From contig JBIKMK010000001.1 in NCBI GenBank assembly GCA_044359315.1, forward strand, positions 1 through 30,525: a stretch of 30,525 nt of DNA, in the 5' to 3' direction. Positions 7,491 to 14,841 of the stretch are shown one piece after another. Under the pieces are notes generated by a model. The model was not told the origin of the DNA and searched no databases. It saw only the letters and a program-made list of their open reading frames with translations. Every line of letters starts with the position of its first letter. Within the stretch, counting starts at the first letter, position 1. This stretch comes from Bryobacteraceae bacterium. Its GTDB lineage: Bacteria > Acidobacteriota > Terriglobia > Bryobacterales > Bryobacteraceae. Both the position numbers and the translations under genes were made by a program.

Positions 7491-9554
7491 GTGACAGTCG
7501 CCACTTCCATCGCCATCACCCAGCCGGGCGCCGCGGATCCTTCGCCCCTGGCCGCTCTCAATGACAAAGGCCTGGGGAGAGCTTTCGAAACCTCCAGTCT
7601 GGGCACCACGCAGGGTTTCGCAAGCGCCTTGCAATCGGCTCTCACCGTCGAGATCTCCACCGGGCGCGCCGAACGGCCTTTCAGCGCTCGCGAATCGCGA
7701 ACGCCAGTCTCCCGGGCGTCCCAGGATTTTCTGCCGGCCAAGTCCACCCGAACCCCAACTCCGGAGACCCGGCCGGATAAAGCGACATCCGAACGAACCT
7801 CAACCGACCGGCCTGAGCCCGCCCGAACTGCCGCCGCCAAGATGCAGGCAGGGAAACCAGAAACCTCTCTCTCGGAACCGGAGCGGCCTAACGATCAGCG
7901 GACAGAACCGGCCACTCGCCCGCCAGCCTCCACGCCAACGGAGAGCGCCGTGAAACATCGGCCCGCATCGGCTGAGTCGGCTCCGGCCGTCTCCGATGAA
8001 CCAGACACGGCGAGCGACGCAGAGGTAGGGGTGGGGCTAGTCGCGACCCCGGTGTCGAGCGCTCCGCTGCCGGAGCCCGTGCCGGAGGTCTATTGGGGAG
8101 ATCTGGAAGGGTCTCGCCTGGCGACCGGGGAAGCGCCGCTCATCGATGGTGCTGATGAGGTGGAGGCCGCTGGGGACAGTACGGTGAAGGAATCGTTGTC
8201 CTCATTGATGCCCGCCCCCCGCGCCGTGGCCCCGCAAGAGGATTCCGGGCCTCAGTTGGAGCGTACGTCGTTGGGCCCCATCCGATTGGCCATCCGCGAG
8301 GAAGCAGATGATGACGAGCAGGCGCTCCTGCCAGCAGACTCTTTGCCTCAACTAACGCCGGAGCACGACAAGTCCGTCACCGCAGTGGCCACCGCTCCAA
8401 ATGAGATGGTTGCGGTGCCGGTGGCCGCAAACTCAGTGCCGGTAGCGGCGGCCGATAATGCCTCCTCCCTGTCTGATCGACAACCCACCCTGGACCGGAG
8501 GCTGTCGGAACGGCATGGTGGCCCGCACGCCGGGGGGGCGGACCTTCCCGCAGCCACCGAGCTGACCACACCTTCAACAAAGAGTCCCATCGCGTTCACC
8601 ATGCAGTTGAAGGTAGCCGGGTCCGGCCCGGAGACGACGGCCCCGGAGACGGTGGCCTCGCAGACGGTCACGATGGCTGCTGCTCAATCGGCGGTGCCGG
8701 GTCTGTCTGCACGGATGGACCTCGAAGCGGGAAATAACCTGACACTCCCGAACGCCGAGGCGGATACCGTAACCGGATCCCAGCCCGTGCCTGGCCCCGT
8801 GGCCACCGCCGCCGAAGGCAACACGGCTGGCGACAGAGAGCCCCACCATGAGCAGCACAGCGGTGGAGAGACCTCATCCGGGCAAGAACAAACCAGTCCC
8901 AGCGGACAACCGGTGCAGGGGGCGAAGACCTCCACCGCACCCACCGTGAGCGCGCCCACGTCCGCGCGGGTGGAGGCGGCCGGAGCGGTCCGCAGTGCGG
9001 CCCCCGGGCGCACCATCACCTCCACCGAAGCGGTAGCCAATGCCGGCGGTACCCGGGCCGAGCAGGTGCGGAATCTCCCGCGCCCGGTCGGGCCCCAGCG
9101 GCTGGCCTTGCGAGTGGACCCGCCGCCGGTAGCGGGCACCTCGGCCGCGACGGCCCCCGGACGGGCCGTCGAACTCTATCTGGAACAGCGTGGTGCGGAT
9201 GTACACTTTGCCGTGCGATCCGCCGATCCTTCCATGGTGAGCGATCTGCAAGGTTCAGTGAAGGACTTAAGCAGTCGGCTGGAACAGGCCGGGTTCCGGA
9301 CGGAAAGCTTTCTGCCCACCGATGCCGTTCGCGGAGCCGGGCAGAGCCAGGCGTCGAACAGTTCCAGCGCCCGGGATGACGAACCCAGCCAACGGCAGCC
9401 CGGCGAGAATCCGCAGGGACAGAGTGGCAACCAGTCCCAGGGGCGGGACCCCCGGCAGAGCCGCGACGGGCAACAACCCCGGTGGCGAAACGAATTCGAA
9501 GAGATGTTCGGCGGCACGGCCACCCCAGCGGCGGCGTTCCGGGCGGACCGGTAG
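7491..9554 (+). CDS. fliK: Flagellar hook-length control protein FliK (long, low complexity)
   Basis: P/A/S/T/E-rich disordered body, then a C-terminal FliK-C-like domain (RLALRVDP...VELYLEQRGADVHFAVRSADP.MVSDLQGSV.DL.SRLEQAGF) and a Q-rich tail; directly upstream of flgD-flgE. GTG 7491 chosen because the track start 7455 lies upstream of the sigma54 motif. Confidence 0.75.
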   Translation: MTVATSIAITQPGAADPSPLAALNDKGLGRAFETSSLGTTQGFASALQSALTVEISTGRAERPFSARESRTPVSRASQDFLPAKSTRTPTPETRPDKATSERTSTDRPEPARTAAAKMQAGKPETSLSEPERPNDQRTEPATRPPASTPTESAVKHRPASAESAPAVSDEPDTASDAEVGVGLVATPVSSAPLPEPVPEVYWGDLEGSRLATGEAPLIDGADEVEAAGDSTVKESLSSLMPAPRAVAPQEDSGPQLERTSLGPIRLAIREEADDDEQALLPADSLPQLTPEHDKSVTAVATAPNEMVAVPVAANSVPVAAADNASSLSDRQPTLDRRLSERHGGPHAGGADLPAATELTTPSTKSPIAFTMQLKVAGSGPETTAPETVASQTVTMAAAQSAVPGLSARMDLEAGNNLTLPNAEADTVTGSQPVPGPVATAAEGNTAGDREPHHEQHSGGETSSGQEQTSPSGQPVQGAKTSTAPTVSAPTSARVEAAGAVRSAAPGRTITSTEAVANAGGTRAEQVRNLPRPVGPQRLALRVDPPPVAGTSAATAPGRAVELYLEQRGADVHFAVRSADPSMVSDLQGSVKDLSSRLEQAGFRTESFLPTDAVRGAGQSQASNSSSARDDEPSQRQPGENPQGQSGNQSQGRDPRQSRDGQQPRWRNEFEEMFGGTATPAAAFRADR

Positions 9555-9594
9555 AAACTTCACAAGAAAAAAAGGCGAAAGCGAGGCTCACACT

Positions 9595-9927
9595 ATGTCC
9601 ACCACCACCGCGGCGGCTCCCAAGAACTGGTACGACCTGAATGCGCCATCCACGGCGACAAACTTCACCACCAAGAAAGACCTCAACACCGACCCGACGG
9701 CGCAAAAAGAGATGTTTCTCCAATTGCTGGTGGCCCAGATCAAGAACCAGAATCCGCTGAGCCCCAGTGACGGCACGGAGTTTGTCGCGCAACTGTCGCA
9801 GATGACCGGTGTCGAGCAACTGCTGGGGATGCGCCAGGACTTGAAGGGTCTTCAGACCGCGTTGGCAACGCCAGCCGCACCAACCGGGAATGGGCCGGCG
9901 CGGCTGCCCGTGAAAACTCTGCCCTAG
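9595..9927 (+). CDS. flgD: Hook capping protein FlgD (short form, N-terminal domain only)
   Basis: KEMFLQLLVAQIKNQNPLSP.DG.EFVAQL.Q.T.VEQL signature; ATG 9595 with SD GAGG; the track's 9322 start is an over-extension. Confidence 0.92.
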   Translation: MSTTTAAAPKNWYDLNAPSTATNFTTKKDLNTDPTAQKEMFLQLLVAQIKNQNPLSPSDGTEFVAQLSQMTGVEQLLGMRQDLKGLQTALATPAAPTGNGPARLPVKTLP

Positions 9928-9985
9928 GCCGCGCGGCCCCAGCGGAATCCTAACCCACCAGCTCTTTTTTTGAGGATATCGAACC

Positions 9986-11221
9986 TTGTTTACTTCATTT
10001 TCAACCGCTCTTTCCGCCCTTGGGGCACATACCACCGCCGTCGACGTCGTCGGCAATAATTTGGCCAACCTCAATACGCCCGGCTTTAAGGGCAGCGCCG
10101 TTTCCTTTGCGGACCTGGTGACCCAGTCGTTGGGCGCAGGCCTGGGCGAAACGCAGGTCGGTTTCGGCGTTGGCCGTCCGGTGACGCTGCGGCAGTTCTC
10201 TCAGGGCGCCATTCAGGCGTCCAACGGCCCTTTGGACGCCGCCATCCAGGGTGATGGCTTCCTGGTGCTGAAGGATGACAATGACGCCGTCAAGTACACC
10301 CGGGGTGGCAATCTGCTGGTGGACAAGTCCGGCAATCTGCTGACGGCCAAAGGCAACCGAGTTCAAGGCTGGTCGGCGGTGGGCGACACCATCGACACCA
10401 ACCGGCCCGTGGGCAACATCGTCGTTCCGGTCGGTTCACTGCGTGCGCCTACTGCTTCAACGGCGTTCAACTTCGAAACCAACCTCAATGCGTCCTCAGC
10501 GATCGGCGAACGCTTCTCCACCTCGCTGGAAGTGTTCGATTCGCTTGGCGTCAACCATGTCGTGACGGTGGCCTTCACCAAATCCGCCACGGCCAACCAG
10601 TGGGATTACGCCATTACGATCCCGGATGCCGATGTCACCGCTCCCGTAACGCCGGTAACGGGGTCCATCAGCTTCACCACAAGCGGAGTGCTGGCCACTC
10701 CCGATGCCACCGTGGCACCACCACGGTTGACCATCACGGGACTTAGAAGCGGTGCGGCGGACATGAACCTGGACTGGCAAATGTACAACGGCCTCACACC
10801 GCGGCTGACGCAATACTCTCAGCCTTCGGCGGTGTCCGCCAACTCGCAGAATGGCGCACCCGCTTCCCAGCTGATCCGGGTCGGTCTGGCCGATGGGGGA
10901 TCCATTCTGGCGCAGTACTCCAATGGCCAGCAGGTGACAGTGGGCCGCGTGGCGATGGCGTCCATCCGAAACCCGGAATCCTTGATCGCCGCGGGTGATA
11001 ACACGTTCGTGCTCAGTTCGCGCAGCGCCCTGCCGGCTATCGGCGTGGCTGGGTCCGGCGGCCGTGGGACCATCCTGGGTGGCGCGGTGGAATCTTCGAC
11101 GGTGGACATTGCCAAGGAGTTCACCAATCTGATCGTCTACCAGCGCGGCTATCAGGCCAACAGCCGCGTCATCACCACTGTCGATGAGATCAGCCAGGAG
11201 ACGATCAACCTCAAGCGGTAG
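9986..11221 (+). CDS. flgE: Flagellar hook protein FlgE
   Basis: ALSAL.AH..AVDVVGNNLANLNTPGFK...LDAAIQGDGF...YTRGG...GAVESSTVDIAKEFTNLIVYQRGYQANSRVITTVDEI; TTG start with SD GAGG. Confidence 0.96.
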   Translation: MFTSFSTALSALGAHTTAVDVVGNNLANLNTPGFKGSAVSFADLVTQSLGAGLGETQVGFGVGRPVTLRQFSQGAIQASNGPLDAAIQGDGFLVLKDDNDAVKYTRGGNLLVDKSGNLLTAKGNRVQGWSAVGDTIDTNRPVGNIVVPVGSLRAPTASTAFNFETNLNASSAIGERFSTSLEVFDSLGVNHVVTVAFTKSATANQWDYAITIPDADVTAPVTPVTGSISFTTSGVLATPDATVAPPRLTITGLRSGAADMNLDWQMYNGLTPRLTQYSQPSAVSANSQNGAPASQLIRVGLADGGSILAQYSNGQQVTVGRVAMASIRNPESLIAAGDNTFVLSSRSALPAIGVAGSGGRGTILGGAVESSTVDIAKEFTNLIVYQRGYQANSRVITTVDEISQETINLKR

Positions 11222-11265
11222 GCCTCCCTCAGGGCCGGCTCTAAGGTTTTCGCTTCAACCCTCCG

Positions 11266-11514
11266 ATGACTTCGCTTGAACAGATCGCACACTATGCTGA
11301 GGTCCCGATAGACGTTTCGGTCGAACTTGACCGGCGCATCCTGACCATCCGCCAAATTCTGGACCTCGAAACGGGTTCGGTGGTGAAGCTGGGCCGTTCG
11401 GCCGGCGAGAACATCGACATCCTGGTGGGAGGGACGCTGATGGCGTTTGGGGAGATTGTGATTATCGAGGACACGATGGGCGTGCGCATCACGGACTTTA
11501 ATCAAGAGGAGTAA
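11266..11514 (+). CDS. fliN: Flagellar motor switch protein FliN (SpoA domain only)
   Basis: VPIDVSVELDRRILTIRQILDLETGSVVKL.RSAGE.IDILVGGTLMA.GEIVII...GVRIT. Confidence 0.9.
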   Translation: MTSLEQIAHYAEVPIDVSVELDRRILTIRQILDLETGSVVKLGRSAGENIDILVGGTLMAFGEIVIIEDTMGVRITDFNQEE

Positions 11515-11539
11515 CCGCCAGAGCGGCAAGTTCTGGCGG
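11515..11539. other. Perfect 8-bp stem-loop in the fliN-fliO intergenic region
   Basis: CCGCCAGA-gcggcaagt-TCTGGCGG; no U-tract follows, so not a classical intrinsic terminator. Confidence 0.6.
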
Positions 11540-11586
11540 CCGGGCGGTTCCGACGGAGAAGTACTGGCGGACACCTGGAATCGACT

Positions 11587-11898
11587 ATGGACTTGGCTTA
11601 TCAGATGATGGCGGTGATGGGGGTGCTGGCGGCCCTCTTTGTCACCGTCCGGCTGCTGGCGCGCCGTAGCTTGCTGCCCGCCCGGAAAGCCTCCCCGGTC
11701 TTGAGCATTGAAGCTCGCTTGCCGCTCACCGCGCAGCATCAGCTCCACTTGGTGAACTGGCAGGGCCGCCCTTTGCTGGTGGCCACTTTCCCGGGTGGCT
11801 GTAGTACGCTGGCCGACCCGACAGCCCTCTCCTCCGCCGCCTCCGCTCCGCCTCCCGTTCCCGGAACCCCAGTGGCACAAATGGAGGTGGGCGCGTGA
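11587..11898 (+). CDS. fliO: Flagellar export protein FliO
   Basis: N-terminal TM segment (MMAVMGVLAALFVTVRLL), then L.IEARLPLT.QHQLHLV.W.G..LLVA; positioned before fliP. Confidence 0.8.
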   Translation: MDLAYQMMAVMGVLAALFVTVRLLARRSLLPARKASPVLSIEARLPLTAQHQLHLVNWQGRPLLVATFPGGCSTLADPTALSSAASAPPPVPGTPVAQMEVGA

Positions 11899-12560
11899 CC
11901 CCCAGCCTGCTGGGCATCCAGAGTAACGGCCAGAACCTCAGCATGCCGATGCAGATCGTCATTCTGCTGACGCTGCTGACGCTGCTGCCGGCGGTGGTGG
12001 TGTCGGTGACTCCGTTTTTACGGATCACCATCGTGCTGCACTTTCTACGGCAGGCACTGGGCACGCAGACCGCGCCCTCCAATCAGGTGCTGCTGGGTCT
12101 GGGCTTGTTTCTGACGCTGCTGATCATGCAGCCCATCACCGCCGACATCTACGACAACGCCTGGAAGCCCTATGAGAAGGGCACGCTGTCGGCCGAAAAA
12201 GCACTGGAGACAGGCCTCGTGCCGGTGAAGAAGTTCCTGCTGAAGTTCGCGCGTGAAAAAGACATCCAGGTGATGCTGGAGGCCTCCCACACCGTGGCCC
12301 CGGCCCGTGCCGAGGATGTCGATCTGCGGGTACTGGTGCCGGCTTACGTCCTTTCCGAGTTGAAGACCGGCTTCCAGATTGGTGCCGTCCTGTTCCTGCC
12401 GTTTTTGATTATCGATCTGGTGGCCGCTTCGGTGACGTTGTCGATCGGCATGGTGCAGCTGCCGCCGGCGATGCTGTCGGCGCCCTTCAAGATCCTGTTG
12501 TTTGTGCTGGTGGATGGCTGGAACCTGGTGATCGGATCGCTGGTGAGGAGTTTTGCCTGA
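11895..12560 (+). CDS. fliP: Flagellar export gate protein FliP
   Basis: QIVILLTLLTLLP...TPFLRITIVLHFLRQALGTQ.APSNQVLLGL.LFLT...LVPAYVLSELKTGFQIG..LFLPFLIIDL...PFKILLFVLVDGW.LV.GSL; GTGA overlap with fliO. Confidence 0.96.
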   Translation: MTPSLLGIQSNGQNLSMPMQIVILLTLLTLLPAVVVSVTPFLRITIVLHFLRQALGTQTAPSNQVLLGLGLFLTLLIMQPITADIYDNAWKPYEKGTLSAEKALETGLVPVKKFLLKFAREKDIQVMLEASHTVAPARAEDVDLRVLVPAYVLSELKTGFQIGAVLFLPFLIIDLVAASVTLSIGMVQLPPAMLSAPFKILLFVLVDGWNLVIGSLVRSFA

Positions 12561-12591
12561 TGACGAATTCGAATAAGGCCAGGAGCAAGCC

Positions 12592-12861
12592 ATGACCCCG
12601 GAAAGTTCGGCGGAGTTAATCCGTCAGGCATTGATGACCACCTTCTGGCTGAGCCTGCCGTTGCTGGCCGTGGGCTTTGTCGCGGGAATCGTCATCAGCT
12701 TGCTCCAGATTGTCACCTCTATTCAGGACCCCGGCTTTGGTACGGTGCCCCGCCTGGCGGCGTTTCTGGGCGCGATGTTGTTCTTCCTGCCCATGATCCT
12801 GCGCGTGCTGATGACCTACACCACCAAGCTGTTGGGGGACTTTACGCCGTATGCCCGCTGA
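12592..12861 (+). CDS. fliQ: Flagellar export gate protein FliQ
   Basis: MTPE....LIRQAL.....LSLPLLAVGFVAGIVISLLQIVTSIQDP....VPRL. Confidence 0.95.
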   Translation: MTPESSAELIRQALMTTFWLSLPLLAVGFVAGIVISLLQIVTSIQDPGFGTVPRLAAFLGAMLFFLPMILRVLMTYTTKLLGDFTPYAR

Positions 12862-13678
12862 CGCCGCCGCTGCCAGTGACGTGCTATCCCGCAGTGTCGG
12901 CATTGGCCTGCCCGTGGTGCAAGGCTTTGCGTTGGTGCTGGCGCGGGTGGCCGGGCTCTTCTCGTTTGCCTCGCTGCCGGGCGGACGCAGCCTGGTGGAC
13001 TTGGGCAAAGTGGTTTTCTCGCTCTCGCTGACCATTGCCCTCTATCCGTTCTGGCCGAAGCTGGAAGCAACCAATGACCCTTGGAAGCTGGCGCTCTGGG
13101 TGCTGGCCGAGGCGGCGATGGGCCTGACGATGGGATTGCTGGTGGCCCTGGCGCAGGAGTGTCTGACCTTCGCGATGCAACTGATCGCCACCCAGGCCGG
13201 CTACAGCTACGCCACCTCCATCGACCCGAACTCACAGGCCGATTCGGGCGTGTTTCCCGTGATCGGCCAGTTGTTTGCGGGGCTGCTGTTTTTTGCCTTG
13301 GGCCTGGACCGGCACATCGTCAGCGCCCTGGCGGTGAGCTTGCAGACGATGCCTCCGGGCATGATTACCCAAACTGATCTGCGGGCCCCGGCTGAGTCGA
13401 TTCTGAAGTTGTTCAGCGGTGTATTTGTCACTGGTGTGAGACTGTCACTGCCGGTGGTGGCTTTGCTGCTGATTCTGGATCTCTCCCTGGCGCTGATGGG
13501 GCGCCTGAATGCGCAGCTCCAACTGTTGACCGTGGCCTTTCCGGCCAAGATGCTGCTGTCGCTGGTGATCGTTGCCATCTGCGCGCCGGCCATGGCGATA
13601 GTGTTCGAAAAGCAGGCGCAGCAGGCCATCGAGACGCTGCAGCAGTTTGTCCATCCACCGCCCCGGGTGGCGCGATGA
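12851..13678 (+). CDS. fliR: Flagellar export gate protein FliR
   Basis: F.LVLARVAGLF...G..LIATQAGYSYATSIDPNS...LSLPVVALLLILDLSLALMGRL.AQLQLL.VAFPAK; multi-TM. Confidence 0.93.
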   Translation: MPADAAAASDVLSRSVGIGLPVVQGFALVLARVAGLFSFASLPGGRSLVDLGKVVFSLSLTIALYPFWPKLEATNDPWKLALWVLAEAAMGLTMGLLVALAQECLTFAMQLIATQAGYSYATSIDPNSQADSGVFPVIGQLFAGLLFFALGLDRHIVSALAVSLQTMPPGMITQTDLRAPAESILKLFSGVFVTGVRLSLPVVALLLILDLSLALMGRLNAQLQLLTVAFPAKMLLSLVIVAICAPAMAIVFEKQAQQAIETLQQFVHPPPRVAR

Positions 13679-13738
13679 CCACGATGGTGCCCACCGGTTT
13701 TGCCAGCCGGCCCTCGATCCTGACTCTTCCTGGAAACC

Positions 13739-14815
13739 ATGTCCGACGCCTCCCAACGCACCGAAAAACCAACTCCCCAAAAGCTGGAGAAGGCGCGCAA
13801 GGAGGGCCGGTTTGCGGTCAGCCGCGAGGCGTTGTCCGCCACCACGTTTACAGTCTCCATCTGGCTGATCATCAGCTATCTGCCCGCCTGGCTGGCCGAC
13901 ATGGAGAAGCTGTGGCGTTTCCTGCTGCAACAAGCTTTTGCCTCCGACTTAAGTTGGCGGGGGGCACTGCGGTTGTGGGAGATGATCATCACCCAGAACT
14001 TTCTGCCGTTGCTGGCCGCTGGCGCGGGCGTGGCGATCGCGGGTCTGGGCATCCAGATGGCGATGACCGGGTTTGGCTTTGCCGGCTCCAAGCTGGCGCC
14101 GGACTTCAGCCGGCTGAACCCGTTGCCCAAGATCAAAGAGATGCCCTCGCAGAACATGGGGCAGCTGATGCAGGCGCTGGCCATGCTGACCATCTTTGGC
14201 GCGGTGGTTTGGGTGCAGATGAGCGGATGGATTCCGTCGCTGGTCCGGCTACCACTGCAGCAATTGCCGACGGCACTGAGGGAGATCGCCGAAACCGTCC
14301 AGGACTTGTTGAAGAAGGCCATCCTGGTCTTCGCGCTGCTGGGGGCGGCGGACTTCATCCGGCAAAAGATGAAGTTCGACAAGGAAATGCGGATGTCGAA
14401 GCAGGAGATCCGCGACGAAATCAAGGAGTCGGAAGGCAGTCCGCAGATGAAGCAGCGGATCCGGCGACTGCAGCGCGACGCCGCCCGGCGCCGCATGATG
14501 CAGGAAGTACCCAAGGCCACGGCCGTGATCGTCAACCCGACGCACTACGCCGTGGCCATCCGGTTCGACATGCAGGCCATGGCCGCACCGGTGGTGGTGG
14601 CCAAGGGCAAAAACTACTTAGCCCGACGCATACGCGAAATTGCCATCGCGAACGAGGTACCTATCGTAGAGAATCCGCCGCTGGCCCGGTCACTGTACAA
14701 GAGTGTCGACGTGGGCCGCGAAATCCCGGCGACGCTGTACCGGGCGGTGGCCGAAATTCTGGCCTACATTTTCCGTTTGTCGCAGGCCCAGCGCGGGCCG
14801 CGGAGGTCACGCTGA
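13739..14815 (+). CDS. flhB: Flagellar export substrate-specificity switch FlhB
   Basis: RTEKPTPQKLEKARKEG...MSKQEIRDEIKESEGSPQMK...intact autocleavage motif NPTH...VPIVENPPLARSLY. Confidence 0.97.
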   Translation: MSDASQRTEKPTPQKLEKARKEGRFAVSREALSATTFTVSIWLIISYLPAWLADMEKLWRFLLQQAFASDLSWRGALRLWEMIITQNFLPLLAAGAGVAIAGLGIQMAMTGFGFAGSKLAPDFSRLNPLPKIKEMPSQNMGQLMQALAMLTIFGAVVWVQMSGWIPSLVRLPLQQLPTALREIAETVQDLLKKAILVFALLGAADFIRQKMKFDKEMRMSKQEIRDEIKESEGSPQMKQRIRRLQRDAARRRMMQEVPKATAVIVNPTHYAVAIRFDMQAMAAPVVVAKGKNYLARRIREIAIANEVPIVENPPLARSLYKSVDVGREIPATLYRAVAEILAYIFRLSQAQRGPRRSR

Positions 14816-14841
14816 TGTTCAAGGAAAGGAGAGTCTGCTAA

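Noticed and set aside
9564-9971. A7 tract before flgD and T7 tract before flgE as phase-variation sites
   Set aside because: Short and intergenic, so slippage would not shift a frame; neither is part of a clear terminator stem.
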